From an uncultured virus (IMG/VR IMGVR_UViG_3300042518_000937) (lineage: Duplodnaviria > Heunggongvirae > Uroviricota > Caudoviricetes), in the IMG/VR virus record IMGVR_UViG_3300042518_000937: a stretch of 64,000 bases of DNA; one strand, written 5' to 3'. The notes under the pieces are model-generated. The model ran no database searches, was not told the origin of the DNA, and worked only from the letters and a program-made list of their open reading frames with translations. The number at the start of each line of letters is the position of its first letter. The first letter of the stretch is position 1. The position numbers and the translations under genes were made by a program. Below are positions 56,316-64,000 of this stretch, one piece after another.

Positions 56316-56731
56316 GCCTCTGCGTCGACTGCGCCGCGGAAGGCGTCACCACCAAACGGCCCATCGTATCCGGCGTCCGTAGGCCACGCTGCGCCACCCA
56401 TCACCGCGCCCACAAGAAACGCGCCAAGGCCCAATCGCACAGCCGGATGGTCGAGCGCGTCTACTCGCTGACCGGCGAACAATACGAACTTCTATACTCC
56501 GCCCAAGGCGGGCGCTGCGCCATCTGCCAAGTCGCCACCGGAAAGGTCAAGCGCCTCGCCGTCGAACACGATCACCGCACCGGCGAAGTGTTCGGGCTGG
56601 CGTGCGGCCCCTGCAACATCATGCTCGGGCGTTTAGGCCGCGAAGTGGACGCCTACATTCGGGTCATCAACTACCTGAAAGACCCCCCGGCTCGCCGGAC
56701 CCTCGGGCCGGTCTACGTCCCCGGCGTGTGA
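56312..56731 (+). CDS. Endonuclease VII-family nuclease
   Basis: QGGRCAIC...LAVEHDHRTGEVFGLACGPCNIMLG. Confidence 0.85.
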   Translation: MSLCVDCAAEGVTTKRPIVSGVRRPRCATHHRAHKKRAKAQSHSRMVERVYSLTGEQYELLYSAQGGRCAICQVATGKVKRLAVEHDHRTGEVFGLACGPCNIMLGRLGREVDAYIRVINYLKDPPARRTLGPVYVPGV

Positions 56732-56817
56732 TGTTGCAATTCCGCAACACGCCGCCGGTCAACGACAACAGCAAGGCCCTGGCCGGTGTTGCGCTTCGCA
56801 ACACCACCGATGGCTAG

Positions 56818-57066
56818 TCACCGGGCCACCCACAACTCAAACAGCTTCCACGCCCCGAACCACACCCCGCTGGCAGCAAAAGTCGCCAAAGCGAACCGGG
56901 CAGGCGTCCACCGGGCAGGCTCAAGGGACTCGTGCAGACGCGGCCGGGGCTTGCCAGCGCAGCTGTGCAACGCCAACACGGCATTCCTCGCCAAGTCGCC
57001 GGCCTCGCCTTCCGGCACGCTGCCCGTGTCGGCCTTACAGATCGGGCACGTCACCGATACCTGCAT
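56818..57066 (-). CDS. Small membrane protein at the end of the lysis cassette
   Basis: CPIC and C-terminal hydrophobic helix. Confidence 0.5.
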   Translation of the reverse strand: MQVSVTCPICKADTGSVPEGEAGDLARNAVLALHSCAGKPRPRLHESLEPARWTPARFALATFAASGVWFGAWKLFELWVAR

Positions 57067-57067
57067 C

Positions 57068-57628
57068 TCACTCCACCTTCAATCTCATGACGTAACTCAT
57101 CCCGGTCTGAATGCAGGTCTTGAGAACCATCGCCCCGAGCAGCGTCCACTGTTCCACATCGGTGATGTCGAAGTCGCCAGCCGTCACTGTCGCCAGCACC
57201 GCCATCGCAGCGAACCCCAGGTCAACCGCCATTCCCTGCAAGAATGTCCGCTTGGTGGCGGGGCCGACCGAGAAGTTGTCCTCAATCTCCTGGCTGCCCT
57301 GATGTGTGACAGTGACCTTTTCGCCGGAAGTCGCCTTGACGAGGGCCTTGCGCCCGTTGTCGAGCAGCGCGTCCTTGCTCTGTGCGACCGCGGCGGCGAC
57401 CGCCTCACGCATGGCGGCCTGCAGCGCCCCGCCGATGTCAACTCTGACGGACTCGCCGGTCTGCGGGTTGCGCGCCACAATGGGCAGGTCGGGCTGCATC
57501 TGCTGGCCCGACATCGGCTGCGGAGCAGCTGGCTGCGGCGGGGTGTACCTCGGCGGCAGCGGAGTTGGCTGCTGCTGCGGAGTTGGCTGCTGCTGCGGAG
57601 TTGGCTGCCGCTCCCAGGGCATCCCCAT
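57068..57628 (-). CDS. Holin-like membrane protein
   Basis: Follows lysin A (TGATG); KRTFLQG then two hydrophobic helices; QQQPTP repeats at N-terminus. Confidence 0.6.
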   Translation of the reverse strand: MGMPWERQPTPQQQPTPQQQPTPLPPRYTPPQPAAPQPMSGQQMQPDLPIVARNPQTGESVRVDIGGALQAAMREAVAAAVAQSKDALLDNGRKALVKATSGEKVTVTHQGSQEIEDNFSVGPATKRTFLQGMAVDLGFAAMAVLATVTAGDFDITDVEQWTLLGAMVLKTCIQTGMSYVMRLKVE

Positions 57629-59031
57629 CAGAAACTCTCCCGCGCACGCTCATAGACTGCTCTCGCATCGACGCCCACCGACTCCGCGATGGCGAAGACC
57701 ATCGCCTGAGTCAGCAGACCCTCGGCGCGCACATTCAGCAGCAGACCCTCCAAGTCCTCGGCCTGCGAATGATGGTGTGGTCTACCCGTCAGCGGCGTCG
57801 GCATCAACGTGGGCACCGGCTCAGGTGCTGGCGGCGGCAGAGGAACAGGCGCCACCTCCACACCCGGCACGAACAAGTCAGCCACCGTCATCGCCTTGTG
57901 ATACCGCTGCACTCGATCATCGAAGCCGTTCAAGCCGCCGTTGATCGCCCGACAGACGCCTTCATGGTCCTCGACGTCAGACATCGGGTTGATGTTCGGC
58001 CGCGCCACCGTCCAGTACCACGCCACCGCCGCGCCAGCGTAACGGTCGCTGCTCAGTTCCTCGGGGAAGTTCAGGAAATACTCGGAGTCGGGGACGATGC
58101 CCTGCCGGAACGCCCACTCCGACACCGCCCGATGGTTTTCCCGGCCGGTGATCTGAAGCCACCCCGACCCGCGATACCTCGGGCCGTCACCAGGCTGGTG
58201 ATTGCCCAGGTCGGCGCGGCCTTCAAGGTAGTGGCCGGGATCAATCTCGCGGGAGTACAGCCCACCCGCCGACTCATGCCCGGTCTGGGCGAACCACTGC
58301 GCGACGCGCCGCGGGTTGTCGCACTGCGCCAGCCGCAGCGCCTCCCGCACATGCGGCACCAATTCCCGGTAGCGGTCGATCGGCAGCGAGCCGCCCCACG
58401 CGATCGACAGCGCCTCCGCGTCGTCGAGGGCCGCCGCGGGGCCGGGCAGCGCGACACCCTTGGGCCGGGCGTAGGCGTACCCCTTGCCGGCGCATAGAAC
58501 CGCAGCCTGTCGGGCTGTCAGCCAGTACCCGAAAGGTGCGCCACCGGAGTCGATGACCCACACCGCGTCGGTGCCGTTCTCGTCGGCCCACCCGCCGAAC
58601 GAAACGTAGTGGTAGATCGTGCCGCTGTTGTAAAAGTTGGGTCGCTGCGCCGCCGGTTCGTGGCCTACGGCGATGGGCCGCGGAGGGTTGTTGGCGGGGG
58701 AGATGAAGTTGCCGATCACCGCGAACCCGTTGTCCACGCTCAGCTTGACGTGCCGGAAGAGCTCATCGACCTGGGCGTCAGTCGGCGGGTCGATGTGCAG
58801 ATCCACCACGATGTACTCGGCTGCGTGCATCAGCTTGTCGTTGAGGACCGCAGCGATCTGGCTGATGTGGTCGGTGCCGCCGGTGTGCGTGCGGCACAGT
58901 TCGGCGCACACCTGCTCGGGCAGGTCGATGCCCTGAACGTGGAGAGCCATTTGGCAGCTACTAGGCCCGCACCACCACCCGGTCTCCTGGGGGGCGATGT
59001 CAGGGTTGTATTGCAGGCGCTTGATTGTCAC
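57628..59031 (-). CDS. lysA: Lysin A: C39-like peptidase plus GH19 glycoside hydrolase
   Basis: QETGWWCGPSS...HY...IDS; AQTGHES, YRGSGWLQITGRENH, INGGLNGFDDR; start taken at GTG 59031. Confidence 0.9.
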   Translation of the reverse strand: MTIKRLQYNPDIAPQETGWWCGPSSCQMALHVQGIDLPEQVCAELCRTHTGGTDHISQIAAVLNDKLMHAAEYIVVDLHIDPPTDAQVDELFRHVKLSVDNGFAVIGNFISPANNPPRPIAVGHEPAAQRPNFYNSGTIYHYVSFGGWADENGTDAVWVIDSGGAPFGYWLTARQAAVLCAGKGYAYARPKGVALPGPAAALDDAEALSIAWGGSLPIDRYRELVPHVREALRLAQCDNPRRVAQWFAQTGHESAGGLYSREIDPGHYLEGRADLGNHQPGDGPRYRGSGWLQITGRENHRAVSEWAFRQGIVPDSEYFLNFPEELSSDRYAGAAVAWYWTVARPNINPMSDVEDHEGVCRAINGGLNGFDDRVQRYHKAMTVADLFVPGVEVAPVPLPPPAPEPVPTLMPTPLTGRPHHHSQAEDLEGLLLNVRAEGLLTQAMVFAIAESVGVDARAVYERARESF

Positions 59032-59137
59032 CGATTCAGCGTAACTCTCATCGGCTGGGGGAAGTGTTGCAAAACGCAACACCCCGACTACATCAACACT
59101 GACTGGTATTACTCGCTCCGGTCAACGACCGGCTCTT

Positions 59138-59389
59138 CTACTCGTCAAGCGGAGAGTTGGCCGGGACGATACCGATAGCCGCCTCGCTCTCGCGAAGAAC
59201 TGCTGCGAGAGCGTTGGCGCGGGCCTCATCCGTCGGATCATCGGTGACAACCTCGTCGGGTGAAGCGGTCCACGCGGCCCGCACCTCACCGGCGATCTCA
59301 GGGTGCGCGGCGATCACCTTCATCAAGGCATCCTGCTTAGCCTGAAAGGCAGCGAACACTTCGTCGTAGCGTGCCACGTCTATCTCCAT
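59138..59389 (-). CDS. Hypothetical protein
   Basis: Follows tail fibre gene. Confidence 0.5.
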   Translation of the reverse strand: MEIDVARYDEVFAAFQAKQDALMKVIAAHPEIAGEVRAAWTASPDEVVTDDPTDEARANALAAVLRESEAAIGIVPANSPLDE

Positions 59390-59390
59390 C

Positions 59391-61058
59391 TCACATCGGG
59401 GTCAGGGCGGTGGTGCCCCATGAATGGGTGGTGCCGTCTCCGGTGTACACAAAGATGGTGGTGGCGTTCGCCGCCCACTGGCCGGGTGTCCCCGCCGCTG
59501 TGCCCGACGCCGGGACGGCAACTTTCGCCGACACCGGCTGCCCCCGCAGCGTGAACCGGCCATTCTCCTTTGGCTGAACGTCGACATCGACATCGACATT
59601 GGCGGCCAACGTGTCAGCAGCAATGACCACTTTTGGGGTGGCGGCGGTTGAGCGGAGCAGGAACCTTCCATCCCCGCGCGACCGAAATTCGAGATCGACA
59701 TTGGTGGAATTCCCCAGCGCCTGAATGATCGCAGCCCCGACGGAAGCTCGGATGTTGACGTAATCCCGCGAGTTCGCGGAGTCGGCGGCGATCCGCAGAC
59801 CGCGCACACCCTCCGCTGTGAATATCTCCAGAATCACCGGCTGAATCAACGTCTTCTCGCTGATCTCCTGAGCGCCGCTGGTGGCTACCAGCGGCACACC
59901 GTTCAGTGTTGGCGAGCCGGTCAGGGTTGCGTTGAGATACGTCTTGTTTCGTATCTCCTGCACCCCGGTGGTGGTGACAACCGGGACGGTGAGAACTGTT
60001 AGAGGCGAAAAGCAATTGATGGTGCCGTTACCCTTAGCTGAAATGCCCACGTTGATATCAGCGTCTGGTCCGTTAGTGGCGTAATTAACGAGCGATCCGG
60101 CGACCGAAACCCGCGCAAAAACCGTGTTGCCCGCGTTTCCCACAAACTGGATCACTGGCACGTCGCTGGTGCTCCAGATGGATGAGATGCGCGGCGAAAC
60201 CAGCGTCTTGTTGGAGAGGGTGGCAGTCTCCACTGACCACCACGCTTTAAGCGTGGACAACACATTTCGCCACGACAGCCGCTTCAGGGCGAAGCTGTCT
60301 CCCGAATCCAGCAGAGGAAACTCGTCATCATCGACGGGCGTAACCTTTACACCAGCCTCCTCAAGCTCGGCGAACAGCGTGGTGCCGGGTTCACCGTCCT
60401 TGCCGTCGACACCGTCCTTGCCGTCGACACCGTCCTTGCCGTCGACACCGTCCTTGCCGTCGACACCGTCCTTGCCGTCGACACCGTCCTTGCCGGGCTC
60501 CCCGTCGATGCCTCCCTGCCCCGGCAGGTTCGCCAATGCGTCAGTCACGTCATTGAGGTTTGCGTCCGGCTTCCCGGCGATGGTGTTGATCAGCTCCTGC
60601 ACGGCCACGCTGACAGCGGGCTGCCCAGGCTTCTTGCCAACCCTGATCAGGTTGACCACCACGTCATCGCTGGGCGCCGGAAATTCAAACGGGGCAATGT
60701 ACCCCGGCCAGTCACCGAACCGCACATTGTTGAACGTCACCCGGTAGTAGAGAGTGCCGTCCAATTCCAGCAGTGGCGTACTGGCGAGCAGCCGAACCGG
60801 AACCAACTCCTGATCGCTCGGCTGCGGACGAATCTTCACGCGGCCATCGACGTCGATGACGCCCGAAACTGGTGTGGCCGGGTAGCCGACCGGCCTGGGT
60901 TCCTCACCTGTTGCGCCGATGACGTCGCCGCTGTACATCACCGGGGTGAAAGTGAGGTCGGCGGTCACGCTCGGCAGATCGGGGTGGTTGCCCGCTACGC
61001 CGTAGTTGCCTACGGGGCGATAGTCCCCCTCGATGGTGAAGTGCTTCGGCTGGGTCAC
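59391..61058 (-). CDS. Minor tail / fibre protein with collagen-like GKDGVD repeats
   Basis: 18-bp repeat at about 60393-60495; repeated T.SNKT-like shaft motifs. Confidence 0.75.
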   Translation of the reverse strand: MTQPKHFTIEGDYRPVGNYGVAGNHPDLPSVTADLTFTPVMYSGDVIGATGEEPRPVGYPATPVSGVIDVDGRVKIRPQPSDQELVPVRLLASTPLLELDGTLYYRVTFNNVRFGDWPGYIAPFEFPAPSDDVVVNLIRVGKKPGQPAVSVAVQELINTIAGKPDANLNDVTDALANLPGQGGIDGEPGKDGVDGKDGVDGKDGVDGKDGVDGKDGVDGKDGEPGTTLFAELEEAGVKVTPVDDDEFPLLDSGDSFALKRLSWRNVLSTLKAWWSVETATLSNKTLVSPRISSIWSTSDVPVIQFVGNAGNTVFARVSVAGSLVNYATNGPDADINVGISAKGNGTINCFSPLTVLTVPVVTTTGVQEIRNKTYLNATLTGSPTLNGVPLVATSGAQEISEKTLIQPVILEIFTAEGVRGLRIAADSANSRDYVNIRASVGAAIIQALGNSTNVDLEFRSRGDGRFLLRSTAATPKVVIAADTLAANVDVDVDVQPKENGRFTLRGQPVSAKVAVPASGTAAGTPGQWAANATTIFVYTGDGTTHSWGTTALTPM

Positions 61059-61059
61059 C

Positions 61060-61392
61060 TTAACCGGCGTCCTTTCCCATACCTGGGCAGAGGTTCTTCT
61101 CCGCCAGGGCGATGAACGCGGCGTCCCGCGCCGGGTCGTTCGGCTTCCCGAGCCAGCCCTGAACGGTGTCGATTCCCCGCTGAACGAGGTCGTCGTCCGC
61201 GCTGCTCCGTGCGGCGCAGATCAGGTATCCGTTGCGGAGCAGTTCGGCGTCGTCGTCGGTGTATCCGGATGCCCGGGCTTCGTCGATGAAACGCTGGGCG
61301 TCGGCAGGTTGCGCTTGCGATCGGGCCGCCGCGGCGGCACCGGCAATGAAGAGCGCAGCGAGGATGGTGCTCAGGACGATGAATCCGCGCAT
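61060..61392 (-). CDS. Secreted DUF732-like protein
   Basis: Signal peptide; D..F...G...LL.NG..IC...F...A..NLCP. Confidence 0.7.
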   Translation of the reverse strand: MRGFIVLSTILAALFIAGAAAAARSQAQPADAQRFIDEARASGYTDDDAELLRNGYLICAARSSADDDLVQRGIDTVQGWLGKPNDPARDAAFIALAEKNLCPGMGKDAG

Positions 61393-61405
61393 GACGGCGA
61401 GCCTT

Positions 61406-61702
61406 TCAGTTTCTTGCCGCGCCGCGCGCCCGGCGGGCCTTGAGGCAGGTTTGGCATTCGCGGTACGCCTTGTCCTCGCGCAGCCGCAGCTTGTCGATGA
61501 CGCCGGGCACTCGTGTCATCGGGATCGGCGCTTCGGCCTCTGCCGGCTGCGCGGCGAGGGCGTTTACTCGGTCTGCCAGCGTGACAGTTTCACGCGCCGC
61601 CTTGCCGCCTGTCCGATCCTTAGTCCAGTCAAGGTTGTCGATGAGGAGCTTCGCCAGCGTGTCGGGCAGATCGGCTTTGATTTCTCCGTTGGTGATTTCC
61701 AT
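61406..61702 (-). CDS. Hypothetical protein
   Basis: GGAGGT RBS; C-terminal CQTC. Confidence 0.55.
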   Translation of the reverse strand: MEITNGEIKADLPDTLAKLLIDNLDWTKDRTGGKAARETVTLADRVNALAAQPAEAEAPIPMTRVPGVIDKLRLREDKAYRECQTCLKARRARGAARN

Positions 61703-61711
61703 ATTGACCTC

Positions 61712-62473
61712 CTAGTCCACCCTGATGAAGTAGTTGACGACGTAGTGCTTGGGGCGCGTTTCGGGATCGCCACCATCTACACGGTTCGTGTTCAGGCCGG
61801 GACGCAGGTACGCCTCGCCTGCTGCATACGAGGCAGAACCCGCTATGCCCCGTCCGCTGTCGCCCTGTCGGATCGGGTCACGCGACGTGACGGTGAAGTC
61901 GGTGCGCGGTGCCCTTGTTGAGTCCTCAACGTGGGAGTTCAACGTGCCACCGGCCCAACCCGTGACGCCGGTGCGAGTCCCTGCCCCGCGCAGGAACGCA
62001 CCACGCAGATCAGGCACCGTGTTGCGTTTGGTGAGCGTTGCATATGCGGTTCCTGCCACGCTGCGCCCATCGCAGAGCACCCACACCCCGGTCATGCCGC
62101 TGATCTCGGCCTCGGTGAGCAGCGACGAGATGACCGTCCCGATAGGTGACGGCTCCGCTTTGATGGCAGCGACTTCGGCTTTGAGTTTGGGGAGATCGTC
62201 CTGCTGCAACTTGGTCAACTCGCCGCGCATCGCAACCGTAACCCCTTGCAGGGCAGCGGATTTGCCGTTCAGATCAGTAAAACCGGCCTGCACGGTGTCC
62301 ATCCGAGCCGAGATGGCGTTCAGGTAAGCCGTCATCTGATTAGAGACCTGCGCCAACGGCAGCGCAGGGTCCATCAGAGCCTCGGAGATGAGCGTTTTCG
62401 TGTCGGCAGGGACCGTGCGCTGAAACTGCGTCAGCCCGCCGGAACGGTCCTTGTTACCGAAAGTTGTCGCCAT
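61712..62473 (-). CDS. Tail fibre with tail collar domain
   Basis: PIGTV...WVLCDG...Y..L...VPDLRGAFLRG...ETRPK...VNYFIR. Confidence 0.8.
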   Translation of the reverse strand: MATTFGNKDRSGGLTQFQRTVPADTKTLISEALMDPALPLAQVSNQMTAYLNAISARMDTVQAGFTDLNGKSAALQGVTVAMRGELTKLQQDDLPKLKAEVAAIKAEPSPIGTVISSLLTEAEISGMTGVWVLCDGRSVAGTAYATLTKRNTVPDLRGAFLRGAGTRTGVTGWAGGTLNSHVEDSTRAPRTDFTVTSRDPIRQGDSGRGIAGSASYAAGEAYLRPGLNTNRVDGGDPETRPKHYVVNYFIRVD

Positions 62474-63021
62474 CAGAACACCTGATAGCTGATGCCGTCG
62501 AACTGCACGGTGTCGTATTTGCCGGTGGGGGCCGACACGGAAATGCCGCCGTCTGTGCCGATGCGGACACCCGCAAGCCGGTACGACACACCGGTATCCA
62601 CGGCAAACGCGGCGGCGTTGACCTCAAGCTGGGGAGTCGGGATCGCGCTGTTCAATTTTCGGACACCCAGCCCAGACCCCGGCGATGACACTTTGACAGC
62701 CACGGTGCCCCGCAGTTGCACCGTGCCGTTGATGAGGCGGGCCTCGACCAGTCCCGTACCCGTTCCGGTGAGTGGGCAAGCCACCCAGTCGACGTTGGCC
62801 GGCACGGTCTTGCCTCCGGTGAAGATGTTGCGGATCTCGGTGACCGTGGACGCCGGAAGCGGAGGTGGTGCCGCCTTGTCGGCTTTCAGTGACTCCAGGT
62901 CTTTGCGCATCGCCCCGATGACCGCTTCCATCACAGCGAAGTCACCGTCAAACGGAGTCAGCGTGCGGGAGAATTTCTGAGGCTCACCCGCCCTGTCCTT
63001 GTTACCCAGAACCGTCATCAC
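62473..63021 (-). CDS. Minor tail / fibre protein
   Basis: Coiled coil then beta-rich C-terminus (GTVQLRG...FDGISY). Confidence 0.65.
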   Translation of the reverse strand: MMTVLGNKDRAGEPQKFSRTLTPFDGDFAVMEAVIGAMRKDLESLKADKAAPPPLPASTVTEIRNIFTGGKTVPANVDWVACPLTGTGTGLVEARLINGTVQLRGTVAVKVSSPGSGLGVRKLNSAIPTPQLEVNAAAFAVDTGVSYRLAGVRIGTDGGISVSAPTGKYDTVQFDGISYQVF

Positions 63022-64000
63022 TTACTCCCCGGGAAGTCAATGCCGGTGGCTTCAACCAACGCCACCAAGATGTCGTTGAGCAACCAGAACATTTCGGTAA
63101 TGGACTGCACCGTCGCGGTCGGCCCGTTCATGGCGTTCATCAAGTCCTGCACCAGCTTCGCCAGGTCGTTGTGGCTGGTGTACACGCCGCTGAACAGGTC
63201 CACAATGGAGTTCTCCCACCGCTCAAAGAAGGCCTTGTCCACATACTTTTCCGCCACCCAGGCGACAATCTCGGCGTCCTGCGCCTCCAGCCGCTGAGTC
63301 TCCCCGGCCAGCTTCGCCAAATCACCCTTCAGCGTGATGTTTTCGGCTTCCAGAGCGTCCAGCCGCGCCAGCAGCGAGTCCACAACCGCCTGAGAAACAC
63401 CCTCGCCGCCGCCAAGGGCGGCACCCTCAAGGGCGGTGACACGATCCGCCACGCCGTCGAGGGCGGTTTGTTCGGCCTTGCCGGTGCGGAGGAACTGGTA
63501 GCCCTGCTCCAACCCGCGGGTTTCCTCAGTGCGGGTAGTGACTTCGTCAAGCAGGCGTTGGTTGAAGTCAGAGAAAAATCCACCGATGATGCCGGTGCTG
63601 CTGTTGGCGTCACCAGTGACCCAGTTGACGATAGCGGCGGTCACCGCAGCCGGGGTTGCCCCGCCCTGCGGCAGATCAGCGATAGCCGCGTCCACGATGG
63701 CCTGGATCAGTACCGGCAGGCCGGCCTGCACATCAGCCGCAGTCGGGTTGGCCGACAACGGCTTGCCTGACAGCGCCGACAGCAGTTGCGCAACAGCAAC
63801 ACTGGTATCCGAAACGGCTTGCCAGACCACCTCAACGTCGGGGACAGTCGCACCGGGTTTTACCGCCAGCAGGTCCAGCAGCGGCTGGACCTGGCCCAGC
63901 ACCACTGCCTGCTCGGCGGTCAACCCGGCCCCGGTCTGCAACGTCGGACCCAGATCGGCCAACGCCTGAGCGATCAGCGCGGTGACCGCTGGTTCGGTAA
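63018..64000 (-). CDS. Coiled-coil minor tail protein (partial, start beyond window)
   Basis: Frame is open to base 64000; RVTALE and RLDALE heptads. Confidence 0.65.
   Translation of the reverse strand, partial: TEPAVTALIAQALADLGPTLQTGAGLTAEQAVVLGQVQPLLDLLAVKPGATVPDVEVVWQAVSDTSVAVAQLLSALSGKPLSANPTAADVQAGLPVLIQAIVDAAIADLPQGGATPAAVTAAIVNWVTGDANSSTGIIGGFFSDFNQRLLDEVTTRTEETRGLEQGYQFLRTGKAEQTALDGVADRVTALEGAALGGGEGVSQAVVDSLLARLDALEAENITLKGDLAKLAGETQRLEAQDAEIVAWVAEKYVDKAFFERWENSIVDLFSGVYTSHNDLAKLVQDLMNAMNGPTATVQSITEMFWLLNDILVALVEATGIDFPGSK

Larger units (their letters stand above)
3762..59081. repeat. Dispersed 17-bp palindrome TGTTGCR-NNN-YGCAACA, about 47 copies
   Basis: Starts found by eye: 3762, 7218, 12643, 14060, 15970, 18771, 21493, 24453, 28238, 30080, 32309, 33662, 34763, 34824, 35141, 35350, 35634, 35849, 36290, 36843, 37366, 37962, 38359, 38667, 39077, 39960, 40204, 41060, 41452, 42631, 43280, 44425, 44512, 45630, 46193, 47615, 47971, 49828, 50147, 51165, 52985, 53826, 55071, 56198, 56732 (4-nt spacer), 56787, 59065; several have 1-2 mismatches. 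Confidence 0.95.

Noticed and set aside
17248..60495. Short tandem repeats (12-bp KAPS, 18-bp KPKAPA, QQQPTP, GKDGVD) as phase-variation switches
   Set aside because: All unit lengths are multiples of three inside low-complexity linkers, so copy changes would not shift frame
1..64000. Integrase, attP or prophage boundaries
   Set aside because: No recombinase motifs or host housekeeping genes seen; both edges fall inside tail genes
1..64000. Diversity-generating retroelement, retron, tRNA or introns
   Set aside because: No reverse transcriptase motifs, template/variable repeat pair or cloverleaf found by eye; tRNAscan-SE and Infernal were not run

Overview
The window is nearly all of a high-GC siphovirus genome from an actinobacterial host, most likely a Mycobacterium (DUF732-like and CDGP-like genes, two WhiB genes, GH19 lysin A). 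It appears opened inside the tail genes. The virion operon runs on the minus strand from about 24.4 kb down past base 1 (HNH, terminases, portal, protease, capsid, neck, tail, tape measure, minor tails). It resumes at the far end, from beyond 64000 down to 56.8 kb (tail fibres, lysin A, holin). Replication genes (primase-polymerase, SSB-like, Cas4-like nuclease) lie at 24.7-29.5 kb (-), a split C5 methyltransferase at 30.8-31.7 kb (+), and a long early region at 35-56.7 kb (+) with about 50 small genes, an AAA ATPase, ParB, Ku, a beta clamp and EndoVII. From my recollection of that group, gene content and layout resemble Cluster O mycobacteriophages (Corndog-like). No integrase, tRNA or CRISPR was seen. 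Main signals: (1) about 47 hand-counted copies of a 17-bp palindrome, TGTTGCR-NNN-YGCAACA, many written into coding sequence; (2) repeated expression cassettes ahead of small early genes (palindrome, CCCCACGAA or AATCC-loop hairpin, RBS, ATGTCC); (3) a tape measure gene that appears to start at ATC; (4) the same CG-AAA-AG +1 junction in the tail chaperone and a split whiB; (5) an origin-like inverted repeat and a TCAATCGG repeat array. Annotation is by eye from motifs and synteny; no searches were run.
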